Shown: one piece after another, positions 19,300 to 28,959 of the stretch
Numbering within the stretch: position 1 is the first letter of the stretch
How the letters are laid out: every line of letters starts with the position of its first letter
NCBI GenBank assembly: GCA_018394315.1
Contig: CP074575.1
Span: forward strand, 1,054,001 to 1,116,614
Source of the DNA: Mycoplasmatota bacterium
GTDB lineage: Bacteria > Bacillota_I > Bacilli_A > MAG-NZ
DNA: 62,614 nucleotides
Direction of reading: 5' to 3'
The notes under the pieces: model-generated
Database searches by the model: none
Told to the model about the DNA's origin: nothing
Seen by the model: only the letters and a program-made list of their open reading frames with translations
Position numbers and translations under genes: made by a program

Positions 19300-20871
19300 A
19301 TGATAAAAACATATGATTTTGCTAGAAATAATGAAGACATAAAGAATAAACCTTTTTGTATGAATTGGCCTGTAGTTTATATTATTGAAGATGGAACCTC
19401 TGTATATATAGGCGAAACCAATAATTTTTATAATAGAACTAACACGCATTCTTTAGATGATGAAAAGAAACATCTGAAAAGAATTCATATGATAACAAAA
19501 AATGATTTTAATTCCTCTGTAATTGCTGATATTGAATCATTTTTGATACGTCATTTTGATGCCGATAATCAAATGGTAGTACTAAATAAAAACGGAGGAA
19601 GAGGAAACTTATTATATTATCAGAAGGAATTCTATTATTCTAAGATTCCATCTATATGGGAAAGATTACTGAAGAAGAGATTAGTGACTCATGATTTGGT
19701 TCAAATAGAAAATTCGGATTTGTTCAAATACTCTCCGTATACATCTCTTAGTGATGATCAGTTAGCTATTAGCGAAATGATTATCGATTATATTAAGACA
19801 AAAGAAGAATCGATTAGTATCATTGATGGATTGCCTGGTACTGGAAAGACTGTACTTGCTATGTATTTGCTAAAGTTATTATCCTTATATGATTCTCTAA
19901 CAGCGGATGATATTGCTCTTGTAGTGCCAATGTCATCATTGAGATCAACACTTAAGTCAGTTGTAAAGACAGTTAAAGGACTAAAAGCTTCAATGGTTAT
20001 TGGACCTGCTGATGTAGTGAAAAAAAATTATAAGATACTTATTGTGGATGAAGCTCATCGACTTAGAAGAAGAGTAAATATAACTAATTATGGATCCTTT
20101 GATAAAGTAAATAAAAATTTGGAATTGGATAAGAATGAGGGGAATGAGCTAGATTGGATAATGAAGAGTAGTAGGCACCAAATTTTGTTTTATGATGAGA
20201 ATCAGTCAGTTAGACCGAGTGATGTTATAGTTGAGGATTTTTATAAAGTAAAAGAGCTAGCTACTGTCTATACATTGGAGTCTCAACACCGAGTTGCTGC
20301 TGGTATAAACTATGTTAATTATATAAAGAATATATTTACTAATATGCAAAATGGAATAGTTCATTTTGATAACTATGATTCTCTGATAATTGATGACTTC
20401 TCTTATTTGGTTGAATTGATTAACAATAAAGATAAGGAAGTTGGTTTATCGCGTGTAGTATCTGGATACTCCTTTGAGTGGGTGTCAAAAAGAGATAAAT
20501 CATTGAGTGATATCACACTTGATGGCATATCGATGCAATGGAATACTACTGCGAGTAATTGGGTAAACAGTAAAAATGCGTTAGAGGAAGTTGGATGTAT
20601 ACATACTGTTCAGGGATATGACTTAAACTATATAGGTTTAATTATAGGAAAAGATATAGATTATGATTTTGAGTTGAAAAAGTTTATAGTTGATAGAGAC
20701 CAGTATTTTGATATAAAAGGGAAGGCTACTATAGATAGTGAGGAGCAACTCCTAGAATATATTAGAAACATTTACATTACTCTCTCAACAAGAGCAATTA
20801 AAGGAATATATTTTTATATTTGTAATGATAACATGAAAAAATATATGCAACAGTACTTCGATACAAAATAG
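19300..20871 (+). CDS. GIY-YIG nuclease + DUF2075 (Schlafen-group-3-type) SF1 helicase
   Basis: VVYIIE...VYIGET, FKYSPY, GLPGTGKT, LIVDEAH, GCIHTVQGYDLNY, LSTRAIKG. Confidence 0.9.
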   Translation: MIKTYDFARNNEDIKNKPFCMNWPVVYIIEDGTSVYIGETNNFYNRTNTHSLDDEKKHLKRIHMITKNDFNSSVIADIESFLIRHFDADNQMVVLNKNGGRGNLLYYQKEFYYSKIPSIWERLLKKRLVTHDLVQIENSDLFKYSPYTSLSDDQLAISEMIIDYIKTKEESISIIDGLPGTGKTVLAMYLLKLLSLYDSLTADDIALVVPMSSLRSTLKSVVKTVKGLKASMVIGPADVVKKNYKILIVDEAHRLRRRVNITNYGSFDKVNKNLELDKNEGNELDWIMKSSRHQILFYDENQSVRPSDVIVEDFYKVKELATVYTLESQHRVAAGINYVNYIKNIFTNMQNGIVHFDNYDSLIIDDFSYLVELINNKDKEVGLSRVVSGYSFEWVSKRDKSLSDITLDGISMQWNTTASNWVNSKNALEEVGCIHTVQGYDLNYIGLIIGKDIDYDFELKKFIVDRDQYFDIKGKATIDSEEQLLEYIRNIYITLSTRAIKGIYFYICNDNMKKYMQQYFDTK

Positions 20872-20879
20872 GAGGAATT

Positions 20880-21206
20880 ATGAAAAACATAGAAGAATTA
20901 ACTCAACTCCTAGTCAAGTTTAGAGATGATAGGGATTGGAAACAATTTCATACACCAGAGAATCTATCTAAGAGTATAATGCTTGAAGCTGCTGAACTTC
21001 TAGAAAATTTTCAGTGGCAATGTGAGTCAGACGACTTAGATAACATTAAAGAAGAGATAGCGGATATTTTTGGATATTTGCTTCTACTTTGTAACCACTA
21101 TGACCTAAACTTAATTGAAATAACAAAATCAAAAATCAATCAAAACTCTGAAAAGTATCCGGTAGATAAATCTTATGGGATAAGCACGAAGTATAATAGA
21201 CTATAA
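20880..21206 (+). CDS. MazG-like nucleotide pyrophosphohydrolase
   Basis: FRDDRDWKQFHTPENL..SIMLEAAELLE...EEIAD...KYP. Confidence 0.92.
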   Translation: MKNIEELTQLLVKFRDDRDWKQFHTPENLSKSIMLEAAELLENFQWQCESDDLDNIKEEIADIFGYLLLLCNHYDLNLIEITKSKINQNSEKYPVDKSYGISTKYNRL

Positions 21207-21230
21207 TAAAAGTGATTCTGCTAATTAGGC

Positions 21231-21362
21231 AGTTGTGGTTATTTAGTGCAATGCCCCAGCTCTGCCAATAATAATCACATAAATTCTGATCGATAGTTGG
21301 AATTATTATATATAAATAAATAGCCACTAAATACTGTATTTACAGAAATTATTGGCTATTTT
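21231..21362 (+). repeat. tmRNA-end-derived junction repeat (site B)
   Basis: The first 37 nt match 24161-24197 at 31 positions. The downstream CACATAAATTCTGAT..AGTTGGAATTATTATA and AATAGCCA/TGGCTATT hairpin match sites D and E. Confidence 0.75.
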
Positions 21363-21615
21363 CTTATCCCTTATATATTATAAACTAAAATTTATCTGTT
21401 ATGTTGACATTGAGTTGTATTGTACTCAAATAAGAATGATATTCATCGTATTTCTGTACTCATATCTACTTATAGTATATAATGAAGTGAGAAAGAAAGT
21501 TATGAATTTTGTTAAAAAAAACATAGCTCATGTGAGTACTATTTAGTTTGATCTTATAGTGGAATACATATAGATTTAGATGAACCTATTACAATTAAAT
21601 GAAAGGAAGAAAAAA

Positions 21616-22965
21616 ATGAAAAAGAGAACTAGAATTGCTTTTATATTTATTATAATCATAACTGCTTCTATTTTAACGGGATGTCGTATGAATGTATCTA
21701 ACAAAGATAAAGAATTTTACTTAAAGGCAAATGAGTATATTACTGCTATTAACGAGGTTACTACTGGGCAAAAAATACACGGAAATGTCTTGGTTGTAAA
21801 GGATGGAGAAATATTGTTTTCAGAAGGATATGGGAAAGCAGATTATAATAGCGACAGAGATTTTACTGAGGATACAATATTCCTAATAGCATCAAATACA
21901 AAACCAATAACAGCTATTGCAATAATGCAATTACAGGAAAAAGGTTTTTTGGATATCAAAAATCCAGTGTCTATGTACGTACCAGATCAACTTAGAGGTG
22001 ATGAGTTTACTATAGAACATCTATTGACGCATACTTCAGGAGTAAAAAGAGATTTAGATACTATTTTCTATCATCCTATCTCAAAAAAAGACTCGATAAA
22101 GGAGATTACATCAGAACCCCTTGAATTTAATCCTGGAACAAAATATCAATATAGTAATTGTGGATTTAGCTTATTAGCTCACATTATAGAAAAGGTTTCA
22201 GGTCAGACTTATGAGGAGTATCTGGATGAAAATATTTTTAAGCCACTGAATATGAAGCATACCGGGGCTGCTACTTCAAATGAAGATTTGCCTGATATGG
22301 CTAAATCACACTATATATCTCATAATAACATTAGTGAATCATCATTACTTTATGACGTGTCAGTTTTTTGGGGTGCGGGAAATATTTATTCTAGTATTAG
22401 AGATCTATATTTATTAGAAAATGCCTTATATGTTGGTGAGATATTAAGTAAAGAATCAATTAAAAGTATGTATGAGAATGGATATGGAATAGGATTCGGA
22501 GAATTAAATGGACATAAATGGGTTGGCCACAATGGACTTCTAAGTAGTTATTCGTCCACACTACTTAGATTTCCAGATGATCAATTAAGTGTAATAGTCT
22601 TGATGAACGTCGGTAATCAGGATAATTTAAATTTCAATATTGCACAGGCATTGTCAATTATAGCATTAGGAGAAGAGTATACTTTACCAGTTATGAAAGA
22701 AGAAATATTCCTAGATAAGAATCAATTGGACAAATTTGTAGGAAATTATCGGTTTGATAATGGTGGTATAGTTTCAATTACAAGGAATAACAATATTTTA
22801 TTATTTGGTCATTCATTCAATCTAACTCCATATTCAGATTTAGCGTTTTATAATATAGGGAGTGAGTATAGAACGGTAGAATTTAATTTAGATGATAATA
22901 GTAATGTAGTTGGATTTATATTTAAAGAAAGCGTTGTTGAACTGAAAGGAAGTAAGGTCAACTAG
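21616..22965 (+). CDS. Serine hydrolase, beta-lactamase class C/AmpC-like family, probable lipoprotein
   Basis: Lipobox LTGC, SxxK (ASNTK), LLTHTSG, YSN, GHNG. Confidence 0.88.
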   Translation: MKKRTRIAFIFIIIITASILTGCRMNVSNKDKEFYLKANEYITAINEVTTGQKIHGNVLVVKDGEILFSEGYGKADYNSDRDFTEDTIFLIASNTKPITAIAIMQLQEKGFLDIKNPVSMYVPDQLRGDEFTIEHLLTHTSGVKRDLDTIFYHPISKKDSIKEITSEPLEFNPGTKYQYSNCGFSLLAHIIEKVSGQTYEEYLDENIFKPLNMKHTGAATSNEDLPDMAKSHYISHNNISESSLLYDVSVFWGAGNIYSSIRDLYLLENALYVGEILSKESIKSMYENGYGIGFGELNGHKWVGHNGLLSSYSSTLLRFPDDQLSVIVLMNVGNQDNLNFNIAQALSIIALGEEYTLPVMKEEIFLDKNQLDKFVGNYRFDNGGIVSITRNNNILLFGHSFNLTPYSDLAFYNIGSEYRTVEFNLDDNSNVVGFIFKESVVELKGSKVN

Positions 22966-23227
22966 AACACAAAATGCTGTAAGTTATGTTAGTAAGTAAA
23001 AGTTAACCTAGGGTACTTGGTAAAGTTACAGTTTTAAGTTCATTATCAGCGAATCTATGATTTTTGTAGTTACAATACTCTCCAGGGAGAATAAATAGTT
23101 TGGATAATCAAGATACTTCAAATACTAAAACAATTCTAATGACAAAAGCGGATGGAGCCTTAACTCATACTAGAAAATTTGGGTAGTGATTCTACTATTA
23201 ATAAAAATCAAAAAGAGGAGAAATAGG

Positions 23228-23260
23228 AAAATGGTTGAACAAATGTTCAACCATTTTTTT
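23228..23260 (-). terminator. Terminator of the Cys-rich gene (possibly bidirectional)
   Basis: AAAATGGTTGAACA / TGTTCAACCATTTT perfect stem at the stop codon. Confidence 0.75.
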
Positions 23261-23526
23261 CACCATCCACATGATTGATAAAATGGATGGCCATGGTAAT
23301 AACAATAAGGTGAGTTAATACAATAAATAGGATTATAAGATGGAAATCTCCTTCTCTTACAACACTTGCACCTGCATTTACAATAGTCATCGTAACCAAA
23401 ATTGCATCTATTATGTTCTATGTGTCTGATGCATTTACAACCGCAATCCATTCGTCTACTACAATGTTTACAACAAGTTACTCTCTGACAACAAGATGAC
23501 TTATGATGACAATAATGTTTACTCAT
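23260..23526 (-). CDS. 88-aa Cys/His-rich peptide (spore-coat-like or metallothionein-like)
   Basis: 18 Cys and 8 His. Strong SD (AAGGGAGGAA), its own terminator, and a CATAnnnTA -10 box at 23556-23564 on the minus strand. Confidence 0.75.
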   Translation of the reverse strand: MSKHYCHHKSSCCQRVTCCKHCSRRMDCGCKCIRHIEHNRCNFGYDDYCKCRCKCCKRRRFPSYNPIYCINSPYCYYHGHPFYQSCGW

Positions 23527-24160
23527 AAAATTCCTCCCTTTTTGTCAATACACTTTATAATATGAGTAAGTTATCTACTTATAAACTTAACTTGCCTATA
23601 CTCTAATTATAACTGAGTAATTATAATCAAATTAAGGTAACTCAAATCAAGATGACAGGAGTTATCTAAAATAAGTCACAGGAAGAAGATAATTGGTGTA
23701 TTCAATTAGGACAAAAAAATAGTTAAAGGATATAACAAAGTTCCACCCTTTGAGTCTGGAATCAATTTATATGGATGGTTCATTCCGACATCAGTATATA
23801 GATAAAATATATTTGGATAAGTGCGAGTTTTTATATATGAGGACTTGAAATACAATGTTAATGGTAGGAGATTATTTTTAACTAGTGAATTTAGGGAAGA
23901 GGGTAGACATAAGGAACAGAACGCAATAAGATTTTTGAAGAAGTAAGAAAACACTTAGGTTAAAGTGAAAGTAAAGTTAAAGATAATGATGTTGTTGATG
24001 AGTTTGATAACAGCATTACATTATCAATAAGTGATTTTGCAAATAACATATTAAATAAGATAGAACTTTCGACAATGTGATATATCAGCATTTGAAGTGT
24101 TTTTTGGTCGTATAAGTATAGCACAAAAATTATCTAGAAATATCGGTGTCATAAATAGAT

Positions 24161-24197
24161 AGTTGTGGTTATTTACTAAAATGCCCCAGCTTCACCA
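24161..24197 (+). repeat. tmRNA-end-derived junction repeat (site C)
   Basis: AGTTGTGGTTATTTACTAAAATGCCCCAGCTTCACCA; 33 bp from the stop of an integrase remnant. Confidence 0.75.
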
Positions 24198-24230
24198 TTA
24201 AAATTGCTTGGATTAGTCTAAAACACTAAT

Positions 24231-24500
24231 TCATTTGTTGGGGTTAGTTGAGAGGGGATTATTTAAATTTAATATATTTATAGTTGTACATGCCTTATGC
24301 TCATCTTTTAGTTTATTATTAGATAAGTGTAGATATTTTTGTGTAATAGTTTTACTTGAATGTCCAAGCATTTTTCTAATAAGTTTTGAACTTGCGCCCT
24401 TTTCTAAGCAAGTAGTAGCATATGTATGTCAAAATTTATGAAAACCAAAAACTTATCTCACCAGGTAGATTGAGTTTTCCTTTTATTTTGACATATATTA
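24231..24500 (-). pseudogene. Tyrosine recombinase/integrase C-terminal remnant
   Basis: The minus strand reads GFHKF*HTYATTCLEKGASSKLIRKMLGHSSKTITQKYLHLS. The HxxR Arg codon is replaced by TGA (24429-24431); LGH and the catalytic Tyr are kept. The upstream part is frameshifted or lost. Confidence 0.88.
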
Positions 24501-24615
24501 TCACAAACTCAAGAAGCAGCTTAAAAAGGTGTTATAGAAATAGAAAAAATCATGAGGGCTACTTACTCCCATGAAAATTATAGAACCATGATATTTTTAA
24601 AGGGGATATTCGTAC

Positions 24616-24644
24616 AACCTTCTTTTTTTTATGTACATAAAATA
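24616..24644 (+). promoter_or_regulatory. Sigma-K-like promoter
   Basis: AACC-N16-CATAAAATA matches mACm-N16/17-CATAnnnTA; lies upstream of the YheC/D gene. Confidence 0.5.
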
Positions 24645-25084
24645 TTATGTGAGCAAAAGATTTACGCAATGTTTGAGATTAATAAGTGAAATTATGATGA
24701 TCAATCAAAATGATAATCTTACCGAGATTTTCAAGGAGAGACTCGATTCTAAAGGAGACTTGTTTATGTGTTTAAACAAATTCGTTTGTAAAGTGTTGAA
24801 AGTTAGAAAGATGCTGATTATTTAAAGTATGAGTAAAAAGTATGTCTCTCAAGTAAATTAATCAAATCAGCATCATGTAAGGAAAATGTAGCAGAACAAT
24901 GAATTGAGGCAGTATTAAAACTGGAGTTTAGCCTATTCTTAGTATATGTTAAAGATTCTAGTTCAGTAATCTAAACACCTGGGAAAACAATGGTTATTAT
25001 AATATTTATAGTGAAATTATATGCAAAGTACCATTGCGTATGTAGAAGCTTTAAAAGTAGTCGTTAGAAGGAGGTGAAAAATAG

Positions 25085-27814
25085 ATGAATAGCGAAGAAA
25101 GAGAAATGAGTCATTATAATTATGAATTATGTAATATTGGAATTAAAAAAATTTGCCTATTAACAAATGCGAGTACAAAAGAAGTTATACACAAAAATGA
25201 TTCCCACTTAAATATCAAACCCATATCTAAAATATCTAGATATTATGATGAAAACGGTGAGCTTAGACTGGGTCCTTTTATAGGTTTTATAATAAGCAGT
25301 AAAAGGAAAGAGGCTATTCTTGAAGGAAAAAAAAGTAACATCTACAAAATGTTATCACAAAGAATAGACAAAATAGGTGGAGTATATGTTTTCTTTTCAA
25401 TAGATGATTTAAATATGGAGAAAAATTACATTAATGGATTAGTTTTAACTGCAGCATCTAGTTTTGAAGAGTATGAACCTATTTCAGTACCTTTTCCAAG
25501 AGTTATTTACGATAGATGCTTTGATAGAGAAGAATCGAGAGAGTTAAGATTAAAATTACAGAGTTTTAGTAATATAAAGATTGTAAATAATGTAGCAAAG
25601 ATTGGTAAGATAGAGGTATATGAGTTATTTGAAAATCATCCCATTTTGAAAAAGATATGTATACCCTTTGATTTATTCTCAATAAAAAATCTAAGGAATT
25701 TTCTACAGGATCACGAGATTGTATATATAAAGCCTGATAACCTATATAAGGGCGAAGGGGTTATTAAAGTAATGAAAAAGAACAATGGTTATGTATTTAA
25801 ACATCATAGTCAAGGCGTATTTAGTGAGACAGAAACAAGTAATATTGAGGATATATCTATGTATATTAATGATTATGGGAACCTTAATTCAAATTATGTA
25901 ATGCAAAAGGGTATAGTTTCTCCAGATTTTTTAGGAAACCAATATGATGTAAGGGTTATGTTACATAAGAATGAAATAGGTAATTGGAAAATAACTGGTA
26001 GTTTGGCGAGATTAGCACCAATTGATGGAACTATAACAAGCCCCCGCAGTGGAGGTAAAGTAAGTAATCTAAATACAGTATTAAATGATTCATTTAAAAA
26101 TGATTCTGCGAAAATTGAGACTATAAAGAAAAGTATGCAAGCTATGAGTATTGAAATAGGTAATGAACTAGAAAAAAAATATGGTGATCTATGTGAGTTA
26201 GGAATAGATTTTGGTTTAGATACCTGTGGTAATTTGTGGCTATATGAAGTTAATGGAAAACCTATGAAAGTTAGTCTCAAAAGATTAAACTTAGGCTCAA
26301 TTTATTATAATGTGAATACTTATTTAACAATGTATTTCTCTTATCTAGATGGACTACATATTAATAAAAGTGATCCTAAAGTAACTGAGATTGATTCTGA
26401 TGGAGTTACTATTAAGTTTAAATCTATTAATCTTCAAGAAAATAACATAATGATGAGTAAGAAATTGATAAATACACTTAATATTAATGTAGAAGAAGAG
26501 ATATGTTTACAAGTTGGTAAAACGGAAGTAATCTGTAAGGCCATAGAAGATGAACCAATTGATAAAAATGAAATACTAATGTCTGAAAATTTATTATCTA
26601 AGTTCAATTTATATGAAGGTATTGAGTTAAAGTTGATCTACAATAAAGGTAATGTGATTTCCTTAGGTCCAGTTATGTCCTATGTGATTAGTAGTAATCT
26701 ATATAATAGACTTGTTAAAGGTAAACCATCTCGCGTAATAAAATATATAATAGATCAATCTAAAGAATTAGGTTGCTTAATTTATTATTTTACTGTCGAT
26801 AATGTAGATCTTATAAATGAAAAAATTAAAGCTTGTTATTTTAACTACGTCAATAATAAATGGGAAGAAAGGATTTTTGATTTTCCAGATTTAATTAACG
26901 TTAGAACATTATTTAATAATATTAAAGTAGATTATAAATATAGGATTAAAAAACTTAAAAAAATTAATGAAATTGCTTTCTTTAATGGAAAAAAAGCATT
27001 TGGGAAATATGAAACATATAAAGCTATGAACTTTTTTAAAGATACGAAAGATTTACATCCATTAACTTTTCTATATGAAGGAGAGGAATCCCTACAGAAA
27101 ATTTTCGAGTGTCATAATATTGCTTTTGTTAAATATGATTTCGGAAGCGGCGGTAAAAGTGTCATTAGACTTAAGAAAATGAACAATATTTTTGAGTGTG
27201 AAATTGGAGACGAAAATCACACTGTTAAGTCTTTTAATTCAATAAATGAAATTAAAAAGTTCATAGAAAAAAAACTAGGCAATAAAAACATTATTATACA
27301 AAAAGGAATTAATTTAGATAAATATAATAATAGAACATATGATTTAAGAGTAATAATGCAAAAGGATGAAACTCTAAACTGGAAAATAGGATTAATTGTC
27401 ATGAGGCTTGCTGAAGAAGGAAAGAATATAACAAATACTAACTTAGGAGCAGACAGAATTGTAATTAATCCTAAAATTATCAATGAGATGCTCCCTAAAG
27501 TGTCAGAGGATTTATTAACTCAGTTTGTTAATAAATGTGCTAAGTCTATTGAAGCTTATTTTGGGCAAGCAGGAGAAATGGGGTTAGATATAGGGGTAGA
27601 TGATAATGGTGAAATCTATCTAATTGAAGTTAATGGGATTCCATCAACATATCCATATATTAAATTGCTAAATAAAAAGCATATGTACCAGTTTTTTATG
27701 AGTCCAATTAAATATTCGAAATATCTAGTTAATATCAATAAGAATGTATTTATTGAAGATATTGAGTTAGAATTAAACAATAGAAAAAATATAATTAAAG
27801 TCTTAGATAATTAA
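25085..27814 (+). CDS. YheC/YheD-family protein with two tandem ATP-grasp modules
   Basis: Module 1: FPRVIYDR, YIKP..KGEGV, YDVRV, ELGIDFGLD..LWLYEVNGKP. Module 2: FPDLI, FVKY..GGKSV, YDLRV, EMGLDIGVD..IYLIEVNGIP. SD AGGAGGTG. Confidence 0.88.
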   Translation: MNSEEREMSHYNYELCNIGIKKICLLTNASTKEVIHKNDSHLNIKPISKISRYYDENGELRLGPFIGFIISSKRKEAILEGKKSNIYKMLSQRIDKIGGVYVFFSIDDLNMEKNYINGLVLTAASSFEEYEPISVPFPRVIYDRCFDREESRELRLKLQSFSNIKIVNNVAKIGKIEVYELFENHPILKKICIPFDLFSIKNLRNFLQDHEIVYIKPDNLYKGEGVIKVMKKNNGYVFKHHSQGVFSETETSNIEDISMYINDYGNLNSNYVMQKGIVSPDFLGNQYDVRVMLHKNEIGNWKITGSLARLAPIDGTITSPRSGGKVSNLNTVLNDSFKNDSAKIETIKKSMQAMSIEIGNELEKKYGDLCELGIDFGLDTCGNLWLYEVNGKPMKVSLKRLNLGSIYYNVNTYLTMYFSYLDGLHINKSDPKVTEIDSDGVTIKFKSINLQENNIMMSKKLINTLNINVEEEICLQVGKTEVICKAIEDEPIDKNEILMSENLLSKFNLYEGIELKLIYNKGNVISLGPVMSYVISSNLYNRLVKGKPSRVIKYIIDQSKELGCLIYYFTVDNVDLINEKIKACYFNYVNNKWEERIFDFPDLINVRTLFNNIKVDYKYRIKKLKKINEIAFFNGKKAFGKYETYKAMNFFKDTKDLHPLTFLYEGEESLQKIFECHNIAFVKYDFGSGGKSVIRLKKMNNIFECEIGDENHTVKSFNSINEIKKFIEKKLGNKNIIIQKGINLDKYNNRTYDLRVIMQKDETLNWKIGLIVMRLAEEGKNITNTNLGADRIVINPKIINEMLPKVSEDLLTQFVNKCAKSIEAYFGQAGEMGLDIGVDDNGEIYLIEVNGIPSTYPYIKLLNKKHMYQFFMSPIKYSKYLVNINKNVFIEDIELELNNRKNIIKVLDN

Positions 27815-27874
27815 ATCAAACTTAACAGAATTTTTTCATGTTTAAATATGTTTATAATGAGGAGGTAATATATA

Positions 27875-27904
27875 CACCCCCTTTTTTTTTTGACTCATAG
27901 AATA
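27875..27904 (+). promoter_or_regulatory. Sigma-K-like promoter
   Basis: CACC-N17-CATAGAATA, about 50 bp upstream of the YVTN gene. Confidence 0.55.
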
Positions 27905-27955
27905 TCATGAAGGACTACTGGCTTTACGAAATCTTAGAAATTAGGAGGTGAAATT

Positions 27956-28948
27956 ATGACGAGTAATGAAGATGGTAATCCTAATGAGATTATGAGAGAG
28001 ATACTGGTATTAGAAAGAGACATGTCAAAGTGTATAAACATATTCGTTTCCAAAGTATTGAAAGGTATAAACGATGTTGATTATTTAAACCACAAGGAAA
28101 AAGTATATCTTTCAAATAAATTAATCGAATCAGTATCTTGTATGGAGAATGCTGCTACTATGGTGATTGAGGTAGTGGCTAAGTTGAATAAGAAAAGCCA
28201 ATCTATAGTATATGTTACAAATTCTAGTGATGATACTGTATCAGTAATCCAAATATCTGATAATTCGGTAGTTGATACTATAGCAGTTGGAAACGTTCCA
28301 AATGGCATAGTAATAACACCAAATGGTGAAATTGTATATGTTACAAATATAATTGACGATAATATATCTGTAATCCAAACATCAGATAATACAGTAGTCG
28401 ATACGATAACAGTTGGAAATAGTCCACATAACGTAGCAATAACACCAGATGGGAAGTACATATATGTTACAAATTTAGGTGGTAATACTGTGTCAGTAAT
28501 CCAAACATCAGATAATACAGTAGCTGATACTATAACAGTTGGACACTTTCCTTTTGGCATAGCAATAACACCAAATGGAGAGTTTGCATATGTTGCAAAT
28601 ATTCGAGATGACACTGTATCGGTAATTCAATTATCAGACAATACAGTAGTTGATACTATAGCAATTGGAAATAGTCCACATGGAGTAGCAATAACGCCAA
28701 CTACTAAACCTGAAACTATCAATAAAACCATTGAAAACATCTTAAAAAAAGAGAGAGATATCTTGAAGTCTCTTAGCGAGAATGTGTGTAAGACTTTAAG
28801 GAAATTGTATGATGATGACTCAATATGTTTCAAGAGCTTAGTTGAATTATCCTCAACCTTAATAGAAGAAGCGGCTAAGAAAGAGAGAACAGCATCAAAA
28901 GCGATAGAAGATTTAACCAATTTAGAATGTGAAGAATCTGTTGAATAA
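27956..28948 (+). CDS. YVTN beta-propeller repeat protein flanked by duplicated helical domains
   Basis: Four ~42-aa repeats YVTN...TVSVIQ.SDNTVVDTI.VG..P.G..ITP.G; SD AGGAGGTG. Confidence 0.88.
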   Translation: MTSNEDGNPNEIMREILVLERDMSKCINIFVSKVLKGINDVDYLNHKEKVYLSNKLIESVSCMENAATMVIEVVAKLNKKSQSIVYVTNSSDDTVSVIQISDNSVVDTIAVGNVPNGIVITPNGEIVYVTNIIDDNISVIQTSDNTVVDTITVGNSPHNVAITPDGKYIYVTNLGGNTVSVIQTSDNTVADTITVGHFPFGIAITPNGEFAYVANIRDDTVSVIQLSDNTVVDTIAIGNSPHGVAITPTTKPETINKTIENILKKERDILKSLSENVCKTLRKLYDDDSICFKSLVELSSTLIEEAAKKERTASKAIEDLTNLECEESVE

Positions 28949-28959
28949 GTCGAGGTTGG

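Noticed and set aside
23690..24080. Gene between the Cys-rich peptide and site C
   Set aside because: Looks like decayed plus-strand coding sequence with several stops; no family recognised. The 82-aa minus ORF lacks an SD.
24235..24441. 68-aa plus-strand ORF
   Set aside because: Shadow of the minus-strand integrase remnant.
28200..28705. CRISPR-like or non-coding tandem repeat
   Set aside because: The 126-bp periodicity is the in-frame YVTN protein repeat. There are no unique spacers or cas genes in the window.
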